Shown here: positions 9,299-17,623 of the stretch, one piece after another
How the letters are laid out: every line of letters begins with the position of its first letter
Position numbering within the stretch: position 1 is the first letter of the stretch
Source: a virus
Taxonomy: Duplodnaviria > Caudoviricetes
Length of the DNA stretch: 62,433 nt
Virus record (IMG/VR): IMGVR_UViG_3300044513_004371
Span: 1 to 62,433 of that record
Strand: one strand, 5' to 3'
Translations under genes and position numbers: made by a program
Notes under the pieces: model-generated
Told to the model about the DNA's origin: nothing
The model's database searches: none
What the model saw: the letters and a program-made list of their open reading frames with translations, nothing else

Positions 9299-9323
9299 CC
9301 AAACCTAAAACAATCCACCTACA

Positions 9324-9566
9324 CTAACTACCGCTGATCTCTACAGCGGTGAGGAATCGATTATATTCCTCTTCTAGTATATCTTTTATTAACTCAATCG
9401 AATCTTCTTCTTCTGCCATCCACTTGTTGGTTACTCCGTTAAATATAGTATACCAACTGATAGGCTTATTTTCTCGGTCCAGTCTGATCCACACGCTACC
9501 TTGGGGTACTCGCCCTTCAACATGCCGATCTTGGATTGGATTCCAATTAATCATCGTCTTCGTCAA
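9324..9566 (-). CDS. Hypothetical protein
   Basis: ORF in operon. Confidence 0.55.
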   Translation of the reverse strand: MTKTMINWNPIQDRHVEGRVPQGSVWIRLDRENKPISWYTIFNGVTNKWMAEEEDSIELIKDILEEEYNRFLTAVEISGS

Positions 9567-9747
9567 GAACTAACTCAAGCGCTTCCAAGCGTTGGGCTTC
9601 TCGTTCGGCGAAGTATCCCAGCTTCGCCATCGAGTATCGAACCCCGTCCGCATTCTCGTCTTTACACGATTGAATCATTTGATTAAAATGATATTCCAAT
9701 TTTTCTTTGAATCCGTTCGGATATTTCTTTACTGTTCCTTTTTTCAT
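9547..9747 (-). CDS. Hypothetical protein
   Basis: ORF in operon. Confidence 0.6.
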   Translation of the reverse strand: MKKGTVKKYPNGFKEKLEYHFNQMIQSCKDENADGVRYSMAKLGYFAEREAQRLEALELVLDEDDD

Positions 9748-9920
9748 ATTACTCCAAAACTAATTAATACTGATGGGTTTCCATGTTCACACTCTCCGTC
9801 GGGCTCAACTTCACATCCTTCACTACAGCAAGCCGGTACTACGGAGTCATAGATTAAGTCTGCTAAGGAAACCCCGTGTATTTCCAGGGTTTCCTTCTCT
9901 GAGATTCTGGTGTTCGACAT
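9744..9920 (-). CDS. Small Cys/His metal-binding phage protein
   Basis: ACCSEGCEVEPDGECEHG; start moved to MSNTRI. Confidence 0.65.
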   Translation of the reverse strand: MSNTRISEKETLEIHGVSLADLIYDSVVPACCSEGCEVEPDGECEHGNPSVLISFGVI

Positions 9921-10168
9921 TATTCGGCGATAAAGATTTCTTGATTGACACTCACTGACCTCCACTCTTGTTTTTGCAAGTCAAAGTAGGTTACGACCTT
10001 CGGGCTTGAGCTGCCTCCCTTTGGATGATTTTCAAGCGGGACCTGTTCGAGTAGAGTGGTTCCCAACGCAGTGCGTAAGGTCCCGTCCAATTTCTTAAAT
10101 GCGAACTGTACCGTACCGACATTTAATCGGTTACGTAATTCTTGTGGATTGATTGGTTCTAATACCAT
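9920..10168 (-). CDS. WYL_2/SH3 beta-barrel family protein
   Basis: VQFAFKKLDGTLRTALGT...YFDLQKQEWRS. Confidence 0.75.
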   Translation of the reverse strand: MVLEPINPQELRNRLNVGTVQFAFKKLDGTLRTALGTTLLEQVPLENHPKGGSSSPKVVTYFDLQKQEWRSVSVNQEIFIAE

Positions 10169-10224
10169 GTTAATTGTTTTAAGTTATATAGTAAATATAC
10201 TAATTATTCCTGACAAATAAAAAT

Positions 10225-10626
10225 TTATTTACGATTTAGTAGAGTACCGTGCATAACCGGCTCGGCCGCCATGCGCTTGTCCAAGGCATCTGCGATACAC
10301 TCGTCCGTATGTGTGTCACCCATCCCGGCTCCCTTGGCCTCGGGACTCTTTGCCAACACCTTGAGTTTCTTAATCGCTCCGCTGATGAGTTCATCGATGC
10401 GCGAGTCCCCAGTCTTACGGTTCTCCCCAATCGATCCCCAGTGCAAATTGCCGTAAAAACAATATCCAATTTGGTCTGCATCGATATTAAAAGGTTGACT
10501 ATTAATTTCATTAGTCAATTCATCGAGTATGTTATCGATTGACTGGGTTACTTTCTCGAACTCGGGTGTGGATTTCATATTATCCATGTCGTAGTTCAGT
10601 AGGGCATAAGGATTTTTAAAAGACAT
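10225..10626 (-). CDS. Hypothetical protein
   Basis: ORF with own promoter. Confidence 0.7.
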   Translation of the reverse strand: MSFKNPYALLNYDMDNMKSTPEFEKVTQSIDNILDELTNEINSQPFNIDADQIGYCFYGNLHWGSIGENRKTGDSRIDELISGAIKKLKVLAKSPEAKGAGMGDTHTDECIADALDKRMAAEPVMHGTLLNRK

Positions 10627-10807
10627 AATGTAATTGTTTTAAGTTATAAGTAAATATACGAATAATCCTTGAAATAAAAAAATAAATTCTAAAAAAGGTT
10701 GAAAGTTTTTCAGAGCGAAATTTGCAACGGATAGTACCATGCAGAACCCGCTCCTGGGCGAGCATAAAAAGGTGCATAGCGATGCTCACTTGCTCCTGGC
10801 TTTGAGC

Positions 10808-10840
10808 AAAAGAAAAAGGTCTTCTAGTTGAAGACCTTTT
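10808..10840 (-). terminator. Rho-independent terminator
   Basis: AAAAGGTCTTC/GAAGACCTTTT stem plus T-run. Confidence 0.8.
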
Positions 10841-10884
10841 CCCGACATAATAACCAAAATGATAAACAATAAGATGAATATCCT

Positions 10885-11211
10885 TTAATCTATAGTACTA
10901 AATTCTTTTATTTTTTTAAAGAATTGTTCTTTTAAATTTTTTAATCTAGCACATTTCTCGTACTCTTCTTTTTCCACAAAGTATTCTAACATACTTTCCA
11001 ATTCCCACATTACCTTCTCATTCGATAGGTGAAGCATCTCAGGCCTTTGCATAAAATACTCTTGGTTCTGGTTAAAGACCTCGTCGAAATGATCTTCGAC
11101 TACCCATTCAAATAGGTTCAAGCTGTCCTCATCCCGGCCCAGTTCTCCGTCTACAGAGTTGATAAAGTTAATCAACCCCTGATTCTGTTTTACTTCGTTT
11201 ACTTCCATCAT
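10885..11211 (-). CDS. UVR-motif protein
   Basis: YFVEKEEYEKCARLKNL. Confidence 0.7.
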   Translation of the reverse strand: MMEVNEVKQNQGLINFINSVDGELGRDEDSLNLFEWVVEDHFDEVFNQNQEYFMQRPEMLHLSNEKVMWELESMLEYFVEKEEYEKCARLKNLKEQFFKKIKEFSTID

Positions 11212-11411
11212 TTTAACTCGATTAATTTTATACGGTCATTGTGTTTAAATGCTTTAAGCATTACTTTACCGCATGGAGCTACAAAGCTAAAGGTGTGGAA
11301 TTCTATATCTGGATCACTATACCTAACCTTGATTGACTTGATATCCGATTCAGCATAGCCTTTAGATTGGCTCCATAGTTTGATTGCTTCTTGTATTAAC
11401 GGTGTAGTCAT
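11208..11411 (-). CDS. Hypothetical protein
   Basis: ORF, ATGA overlap. Confidence 0.6.
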   Translation of the reverse strand: MTTPLIQEAIKLWSQSKGYAESDIKSIKVRYSDPDIEFHTFSFVAPCGKVMLKAFKHNDRIKLIELK

Positions 11412-11591
11412 AGGAGTATATTATTATTTATTTGTACAGTGGTTATAACTCTCAGGTTTTATAGACTAATTTATTGTTGTTACTGTAAATATAGTAAAAA
11501 ATTTTTAAACTAAAAAATTAAATCTAAAAAATCTATAAAAACAAGAAAGGCCGACTACGGAGTCGACCCTTCTCTAACTTAAAACAAGGAA

Positions 11592-12053
11592 TCAGAAATT
11601 ACCGGGCGCTACCTGAAAACAGGCGATTCCGTTGCGCCTCCACATATCAACAACCTTATCACGGTCATCAAATACACAGAGCAGTTTAGACCTATCCGGA
11701 AATAGACTATCCAACCAGTGTTGCTTTAACTTATCGTCCGGCATAAAGTGCCAGTCCTCCCCAGTCGGTCTCATCTTTAAGACATCATAAGGTACCTCCC
11801 ACTTGGACAACCAATCCAGCGTAGCCGACTTGGTAGCCTTGCTCCGACCAGACAGAATAGCGATCTTATAACCTCGAACCTTCATAGCTTTACAAGCCTC
11901 GATTACTGGATGGTTCGGTTCGTCCAACTCCACGTTCTTCGGATCAAAGAACTGGTCCCAATCGATCTTACCGTCAGGGAGACTTGCCAACTCTCGTCTT
12001 TTTCGAATGTCGGCAAGCGTCCCGTCCAAATCAAAGATTACCCACTTACTCAT
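11592..12053 (-). CDS. HAD phosphatase, T4 PseT (PNKP) 3'-phosphatase-like, stand-alone
   Basis: DLDGTL, SGR, FDDRDKVVDMWR...CFQVAPGNF. Confidence 0.85.
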   Translation of the reverse strand: MSKWVIFDLDGTLADIRKRRELASLPDGKIDWDQFFDPKNVELDEPNHPVIEACKAMKVRGYKIAILSGRSKATKSATLDWLSKWEVPYDVLKMRPTGEDWHFMPDDKLKQHWLDSLFPDRSKLLCVFDDRDKVVDMWRRNGIACFQVAPGNF

Positions 12054-12054
12054 T

Positions 12055-12210
12055 TTAAAACTGAATTAAATCGATTGCCATTTCCCCGGTCGGTTCCCCG
12101 TTCCTCAGGATCTCGTAGTTTGGGTCCATCCCGCTCTGTATCACGTCTGCGATGAGCTCGTCGATGGTTGAAAATAATTTCTCGTAATAATTACAATCTA
12201 GTCCGTACAT
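12055..12210 (-). CDS. Small hypothetical protein
   Basis: Start moved to MYGLDC downstream of promoter at 12231. Confidence 0.6.
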   Translation of the reverse strand: MYGLDCNYYEKLFSTIDELIADVIQSGMDPNYEILRNGEPTGEMAIDLIQF

Positions 12211-12358
12211 GTGTTTTGTTTTAAGTATAAGTAAATATACAAATAATAATTGGGAAATAAAAATCAGGTGTAAAGTTTTTAGGATATAACCTAGAGCGAG
12301 GGCGCACCTCCGGATGTCTAGCACGCCTCATGCTCTCTTCGCTCCTGGCTTTGAGCAT

Positions 12359-12384
12359 AAAAAAAGGAGTCCAATAGACTCCTT
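12359..12384 (-). terminator. Rho-independent terminator
   Basis: AAGGAGTC/GACTCCTT stem plus T-run. Confidence 0.8.
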
Positions 12385-12415
12385 CTTCCTAAATCATACG
12401 GGTCCCGCTGAGGGA

Positions 12416-12661
12416 TTACTTCGGCTGGCGATATAGAATATTCATCAGGATTCTTTTGTCTCCTGGATTCCACAAGGATTCACCGAGCTCCTGCTCCATT
12501 TGTTCCTCCTCCATCATGGCCTCCTTCATGCGCGATTGCCATTGTGCTACGCTCATTTGACTTGGCACGAACTGGTCGCAGTAAGCATAGTCTGCCAAGG
12601 TATTAAACTCTTTCTCAGTCAAGCTCAGGGCTTGAGTTAAGATTTCTTTTACACTACTCAT
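12416..12661 (-). CDS. Hypothetical protein
   Basis: Start moved to MSSVKE downstream of promoter. Confidence 0.6.
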   Translation of the reverse strand: MSSVKEILTQALSLTEKEFNTLADYAYCDQFVPSQMSVAQWQSRMKEAMMEEEQMEQELGESLWNPGDKRILMNILYRQPK

Positions 12662-12791
12662 AGGTATGGGGTTTAAGGATTTAGTTAAATATAAGAATCT
12701 TTTATGGATTAAAAAAATCAAGGGTGAAAAGATTTAGAAACCAAATGGGGGCGAGCAAAGGAGAAGAGGGCTCGCCCCTTGCTAGAGTGCT

Positions 12792-12819
12792 AAAAAAGCC
12801 GGTAACTAACGCTACCGGC
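12792..12819 (-). terminator. Rho-independent terminator
   Basis: GCCGGTA/TACCGGC stem plus T-run. Confidence 0.7.
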
Positions 12820-12841
12820 CTACTACGGAGTTAATCTTTTC

Positions 12842-13117
12842 TTATCTATAGAGAATTACATACTCTCCAAAATAACGATCGAATACTTGAATTGCATTTT
12901 CATAATCTCCTGATTTCATCTGATCCACAATCCAATCTCCTGCGCTCTGGCTTTCAGAAAAGCCTAGCCCTTCTAAGACGTCCTGACCTTCGATCTCCAG
13001 ATTTAATTGCTTTGCAAATCTCTTCGCCATACCCATGAGTACGAATACATTTCCGTCTGGTCCGCTAAGATCGATTTCAATCGGTCCACGAGGAATTTCA
13101 TTTCTGGACTTTATCAT
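12842..13117 (-). CDS. Conserved phage hypothetical protein
   Basis: IEIDLSGPDGNVFVLMG...MKSGDYE family pattern. Confidence 0.75.
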   Translation of the reverse strand: MIKSRNEIPRGPIEIDLSGPDGNVFVLMGMAKRFAKQLNLEIEGQDVLEGLGFSESQSAGDWIVDQMKSGDYENAIQVFDRYFGEYVILYR

Positions 13118-13326
13118 AGGTCATGGGGTTTACCGATTCCTCGGAAGTTAAGATTTCCTAATTGAACTGCGAGACTCTCTGCCAACTTTGCCTCCTCGAA
13201 TCGTGGGTGTGCCCTCTCCTTCTGATCACAATCGCGACAAATCATTTCCTGATTAAACCACGATCCTGTGGTGATGTTGGTGTGGCACTGACACCGATCA
13301 CACTTTTTAAATTCTAATCCGTACAT
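13114..13326 (-). CDS. Small zinc-finger protein
   Basis: CDRC...SWFNQEMICRDC. Confidence 0.7.
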   Translation of the reverse strand: MYGLEFKKCDRCQCHTNITTGSWFNQEMICRDCDQKERAHPRFEEAKLAESLAVQLGNLNFRGIGKPHDL

Positions 13327-13663
13327 GATGTATGTGTTTTAAGTTAATACTAATATAAGAAAAATCCTTTAAATAAAAAAATCCTGCGAAAAAATAAATG
13401 AGAGCGAACTCTGCCCTCCTCAGGTACGCGTGGTTTCCGGAGAGATTCGTCCAGACCTGAGCGAATCCCAAAATTTAACCCTCCGATGTAAATCAGGTTA
13501 CTGTCGCTCCGGATGCCGGGCGAAGTCTGCAAGGTATCCTAACTGGGTAGAGTCGCCCGAAGTCTGGAGCGAAACCGCAGGCGCGCAGGAGTCAGGTAGG
13601 CTGGGCCAGCTTAGGTTGTTTAACCTTTTTCCCAAAAGATTAAACACACTGATTTTGGGGCAT

Positions 13664-13692
13664 AAAAAAACCTGGCCGTAAAGACCAGGTTT
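13664..13692 (-). terminator. Rho-independent terminator
   Basis: AAACCTGG/CCAGGTTT stem plus T-run. Confidence 0.75.
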
Positions 13693-13713
13693 CTCACACA
13701 ACAATTAGGGATT

Positions 13714-13851
13714 TTAAAATTCGAAACTCATACCTGTAGAATAGTTGCCAGTTACTAGATTAAAGATTGCGAATCCAATTCCCCAAACTGATAAGCAGAT
13801 TAGGCCACTAGCCCAAACTGTAAATACTCCGTTAATTACTTTTGTTTTCAT
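13714..13851 (-). CDS. Small membrane peptide (45 aa)
   Basis: Own translation MKTKVINGVFTVWASGLICLSVWGIGFAIFNL..., between promoter at 13877 and terminator. Confidence 0.65.
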   Translation of the reverse strand: MKTKVINGVFTVWASGLICLSVWGIGFAIFNLVTGNYSTGMSFEF

Positions 13852-13958
13852 CTGATTTTTATTAATTGGTTATAGAGTAAATATAGGCATAATTCCGGAA
13901 TTAAAAAAATAATCAAACACTTTATTCGAAATCTTTTAAGGGCGAGGTCTGCTAGGCG

Positions 13959-14123
13959 CTAGTACTCGTCGCTATCGTCCGGGAGCCAGTTCTTCGGGCG
14001 TCTGCCTTTGCGAGTGTAGCGCTTTCGGTTTCTTTGAACAGAACCCCGCTGCGCATCCCACCATTCCTGCTGAGAGAGCTCAACCTCCTTTAGCCGGACA
14101 TTGGTCTTGTTCTTCTTGTTCAT
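13959..14123 (-). CDS. Small basic protein (54 aa), ArfA-like motif
   Basis: Own translation ...VQRNRKRYTRKGRRPK... Confidence 0.5.
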   Translation of the reverse strand: MNKKNKTNVRLKEVELSQQEWWDAQRGSVQRNRKRYTRKGRRPKNWLPDDSDEY

Positions 14124-15195
14124 GATAATATTTATTGATTTATTTTAGGATGTCCCCGATTTTTCTTATATTAGATATAGGGTTTCCAAAAACGGGGAGC
14201 CCTTTTTTCGTAAAGTATAATAGATCTATTTCTCGTCCAGATCCGGAGCGAGTTTTAAGACTTAAGGTAAGATTTCCTCACTAAAGATTTTAGATTCTTT
14301 TTTATTATTTACCGCATTTACCCCGCAAGTTTTTTAATAGTAGCTTTTAAGTTCGCTCAACTGATTGATTATCAACCGGTTTTATTTTGGTAATTCTCAC
14401 ACAGGATTCGGAATTACTGCTAAGAGCCAAAGGGTCAAAGAAGCCTTGATAGTTTCGCCCGATGCCGGGAGCGGGAAAAAAGAAGAATAGTATTCTTCAG
14501 GTATCGAAACAGGATTTACGGTCTCGCCTAACTGATTGACTTTCAATAACTGAGCGAGTCGGAATTCCTATAGTATTTTTAGTAGACTACTAGATTTCTT
14601 CCTGTCTACCAGGTTCCTGGAGTCTGGACGAATTTAACCCGGTAAAGTTGCAATTATTTTAGATCAGGTACCGGGCGAACCTGTAGGAAACCTCATAGAT
14701 CTACATTATATCTTATATACCAGGCCTGAACGAGCAGAATTCCTAAGCCTTGCCAAGAGCAGGTATGGAGTCTCGGGGCCCATTATTACCAGGCCATGGG
14801 GCCTCACGGGCGAGAATAGTGCCCCGGGGTCACCTCTGGGGCCCTCCAGGTGCCCCTGGGGCCTATATACCAGGATTGATATATATCATATATAGGCGGA
14901 TAGGTTGAATTTTGTGAATTAAAGGGCCGGGGCAAAAAAGGTCCCATCTCCAGGTGAGAAAAAATTTCCAGGAATGCGGGGCCCTACTAGAATGAATTTC
15001 TCCGGAGGGCAAAAAAATTCCCGGGGGCGGAAGGACCTCTGGACCTATTTCTTCTCTAGGAACCTGAATTCTATTCCGTGGCCAAACCAGACTAGGGCTA
15101 TTCCGTAAGCTCCGTTCAGGTATCTATCCCAGGTTATTATTATAGAGGGTACGAGATACCATTGGCCTACCTGTTTGAATAGTTCGATCTTCATC
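14124..15195. other. Long non-coding, motif-rich region (candidate terminus/origin)
   Basis: No ORF of 60 aa or more; many GRRCGA half-sites, GGGGCC/CCWGG palindromes, A-tracts. Confidence 0.5.
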
Positions 15196-15513
15196 TTATT
15201 CATAAAAGTTTTCTTGTATGTATCTGAGTCTCTCCAATTCGTTTTCTACTTCGTCTTCGACAGTCCAGATCTGGAGTTTACCTTCTCTTACTTCCCAATA
15301 GTATATACATGGAATCGAGTCTAACTGTGATAGATCTATCTTTTCTCTAAATTGAGTTGGTATAGGTTCTTGTTGTGTGCTGCATCCTGTCAGCAAGATC
15401 AAGGTTAATACCAAGGCCACAATGAAGATCAAGGATCTAGCTACAGCCTGGGCTACTGGTCTTTCCTGATCTGATCTATTTGGGTTATCCCACCATTTAC
15501 CTGTGTATTTCAT
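15196..15513 (-). CDS. Putative lipoprotein/membrane protein
   Basis: Hydrophobic helix ending LLTGC. Confidence 0.6.
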   Translation of the reverse strand: MKYTGKWWDNPNRSDQERPVAQAVARSLIFIVALVLTLILLTGCSTQQEPIPTQFREKIDLSQLDSIPCIYYWEVREGKLQIWTVEDEVENELERLRYIQENFYE

Positions 15514-15661
15514 TTACTTCTATTTTTATTTCTTCTTTCAGGCTGTCCTGTGTCCTGGTCTTGGTATCCTTAGATTGGTTTTCAATTGAAAGGATTAGGA
15601 TCCCGATTAGGGTTCCCCAAAAGATACAGGAAAAACACTTTCTTTGCCAAAAGTCATACAT
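15497..15661 (-). CDS. Small membrane protein (54 aa)
   Basis: Own translation MYDFWQRKCFSCIFWGTLIGILIL...; follows AAACC-type promoter. Confidence 0.45.
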   Translation of the reverse strand: MYDFWQRKCFSCIFWGTLIGILILSIENQSKDTKTRTQDSLKEEIKIEVNEIHR

Positions 15662-15668
15662 ATAATAA

Positions 15669-15696
15669 GTTATACTGCCCGCGCGACTCGAGGTTT
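15669..15696 (-). promoter_or_regulatory. Class-2 promoter AAACC-N16-GTATAAC
   Basis: Same spacing as the other copies in the window. Confidence 0.55.
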
Positions 15697-15797
15697 ACAG
15701 TGGACACTGGGTGACACCAGAAAATTTTTCGCGCGCGGCGCGGGGAACCGGGGCCCACATGGTGGGAATAAATAAAAAAAATAAATCAGGTAAACCT

Positions 15798-16064
15798 ATG
15801 AAGTACCTCTATTTTAGCGCCGCGTGGTGCGCACCGTGCCGGATACTCGGACCAGTAATGGAAAAACTCAGTGAGACTTTTCCGGTAGAAAAAATAGACG
15901 TCGACTCTGAACACGAGTACCTAGAGAGATACAGGATCCGAAGCATACCAACTGTGATCCTAGTAGAAGAAGACGGCAAGGAATTGAGCCGCTCCCTGGG
16001 TGCCAAGCCGGAGGAGTTTTTTGTTCGGGAATGGACGGAATGGAACGCAGTATCTAATAAATAA
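15798..16064 (+). CDS. Thioredoxin
   Basis: FSAAWCAPC active site, IRSIPT; start moved to MKYLYF. Confidence 0.85.
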   Translation: MKYLYFSAAWCAPCRILGPVMEKLSETFPVEKIDVDSEHEYLERYRIRSIPTVILVEEDGKELSRSLGAKPEEFFVREWTEWNAVSNK

Positions 16065-16082
16065 CTAAAAGGAACATTTAAG

Positions 16083-16712
16083 ATGAAATCAAACGTAGAA
16101 TCTTATAAGAAGTGGTATCGCCAAGTATTCGAGGCAGAAGAACCAGAAAACAAGGAATTCGGCCTAGAAGGCGGTGGCCAGCATGGGGTAATCATGTGTG
16201 TCAATTCAAATTGGAAAGAGGGCCAGTTTACTGGAGCCCAAAGATACTTTTCTAGTCGAGGAGAAACCCGTCCTAGTCGCGGTACCTACGACCAACACAT
16301 CTACTACAGTCCGGATGAATTTCAAGGCTGGGAACAGGGTCCGGCATTTCAGGACTTCGATACTCGCGGATTAAGATACTACTGGAAAGACCTCAGCGGT
16401 GGCAACCCGGTTTCGATCCTCATCCCAGGTACTGGAGAGATCGTACATCACAAAGGGGCCGAGCACATTGCCTATGAAGAAGTATACAAAGAACTGGCCA
16501 GCATTCCTGAATTTCAACAGATCATGAAAGCCAAGCAGTCTGGCAGATTAGGCAACATTCCAAAAGAAATCATCATGTCCTTAAAAGCAAAAACCCAGGA
16601 ACTGGATATAGATTCCAGATCCCGGGATATTTTTGATCGCGGAGTGAATGATAACCCAGAATTTGTGAAGGCAATGGTTAAGCGTTGCTGGGCTATGGGT
16701 CTAGTTGATTAA
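16083..16712 (+). CDS. Hypothetical protein with capsid-targeting-like N-terminus
   Basis: ESYKKW...VFE; late promoter. Confidence 0.7.
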   Translation: MKSNVESYKKWYRQVFEAEEPENKEFGLEGGGQHGVIMCVNSNWKEGQFTGAQRYFSSRGETRPSRGTYDQHIYYSPDEFQGWEQGPAFQDFDTRGLRYYWKDLSGGNPVSILIPGTGEIVHHKGAEHIAYEEVYKELASIPEFQQIMKAKQSGRLGNIPKEIIMSLKAKTQELDIDSRSRDIFDRGVNDNPEFVKAMVKRCWAMGLVD

Positions 16713-17623
16713 AGCACGTCGCTCAATTGCAGACCGCTTTCACGCACTCCAATCTGAAGCTTCTTAATCGATTTCTTGTATCTTTGTCGAATTCTTTCAG
16801 AAGAACATTCGTATCGATCTGCGATCGCACCTAAAGATTCCTGACTCTTACCGATGCCGTGGTACGAGAGCACGATATCACGCTCGATTCCGTTTAGTCG
16901 ACCTAGCTGTCGATCCAAGAACTTAATACTAGACTCTCGGTTTACCTTGTGATCAGTACCTAGAGGATCCCCATTGATCACGTTGATCGGACCAAACTTG
17001 TCGTCTGGATCTTCGTTTGGATTACCTTCTAGGCTGGCAGCTCTTTTATCAGCTGAGATCGACTGCTTTAGGGACTTGATTGCCTCTGTGCCTGGAATAC
17101 TAGTGATTCGGCCGGCCTCAAGCTCCCTGGTCAAGAACTCGTCAATTACCTCTTCTTCGGTTGCATCTCGACCAAATTCAGAAGCAAGCTCGGCCTCAAT
17201 GCGTCGCATCTTATGTAGGCTCTGAACCTTGTTTTGGGGCAGCCTAACAACTCTTGAGCTGTCAGTTAAGTATTTCAACATGTTCTTACGAATGTGCCAC
17301 ACGGCGTACGAGATGAACTTAAACCCGGTTGAAGGATCGAAGTCATGAGCTGCTTCTACAAGACCCATGTTTCCTTCGTTAATGAGATCATCCAATTTAA
17401 CTGTGCTTCCACCTGCATATGACTTGGCTACTGAGATCACGAATCTTAGATTCGCCTTGACTAGGCGTTCGATTGCCGCCTGATCTCCCTCTCTAGCCTT
17501 CCATGCTACTTCGGCCTCCTCTTGTGGAGACATGATGTCGGTCTTAGTAACTTCATTCGTGTATCGCTGGAAGTTACTTGACCTGACCGTCTTTTGATCG
17601 GCGATAATTTTAAACTGTCGCAT
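16709..17623 (-). CDS. RpoD/RpoH-like sigma-70 factor
   Basis: LVKANLRFVISVAKSY, DLINEGNMGL, GFKFISYAVWHIR, RVVRLP, ERIRQ. Confidence 0.95.
   Translation of the reverse strand: MRQFKIIADQKTVRSSNFQRYTNEVTKTDIMSPQEEAEVAWKAREGDQAAIERLVKANLRFVISVAKSYAGGSTVKLDDLINEGNMGLVEAAHDFDPSTGFKFISYAVWHIRKNMLKYLTDSSRVVRLPQNKVQSLHKMRRIEAELASEFGRDATEEEVIDEFLTRELEAGRITSIPGTEAIKSLKQSISADKRAASLEGNPNEDPDDKFGPINVINGDPLGTDHKVNRESSIKFLDRQLGRLNGIERDIVLSYHGIGKSQESLGAIADRYECSSERIRQRYKKSIKKLQIGVRESGLQLSDVL

Larger units (their letters stand above)
782..13909 (-). promoter_or_regulatory. Array of about 17 host-type (Bacteroidota primary sigma) early promoters, consensus TTTTTTATT-N-ATTATTCGTATATTTAC
   Basis: Plus-strand GTAAATATAC-like boxes start at 782,1293,1945,2311,5062,6463,6761,7385,8591,9156,10191,10650,11485,12231,12685,13349,13877, each upstream of a minus-strand gene; resembles the TAnnTTTG -7 element. 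Confidence 0.85.
1357..13980. promoter_or_regulatory. Dispersed inverted-repeat operator pairs G(A/G)(G/A)CGA-N17/28-29/39-TCG(C/T)(T/C)C upstream of early promoters
   Basis: Pairs at 1357-1397,1400-1439,5125-5165,6824-6864,7439-7478,9218-9257,10713-10753,10756-10795,12294-12344,12749-12777,13402-13452,13459-13509,13518-13558,13940-13980 (some half-sites degenerate). Confidence 0.7.

Noticed and set aside
1357-12344. Integron attC sites or structured ncRNAs at the intergenic palindromes
   Set aside because: Spacers between half-sites are not self-complementary and lack RYYYAAC/GTTRRRY ends; fixed distances fit DNA-protein geometry better
13400-13620. CRISPR-like array of GAGCGA units with 29-39 bp spacers
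   Set aside because: The shared part is only 6-9 bp and alternates in orientation; there are no 23-47 bp direct repeats and no cas genes in the window
364-13704. Plus-strand and nested ORFs in the early region (e.g. 364-567, 531-782, 1127-1468, 4551-4904, 13350-13532, 13430-13681, 13498-13704)
   Set aside because: Antisense shadows of real minus-strand genes, or ORFs spanning promoter/operator DNA with no plausible expression signals
15711-15797. N-terminal extension of thioredoxin from the ORF track
   Set aside because: Runs through GC-rich non-coding sequence and the ATAAATA promoter; ATG at 15798 fits the family start
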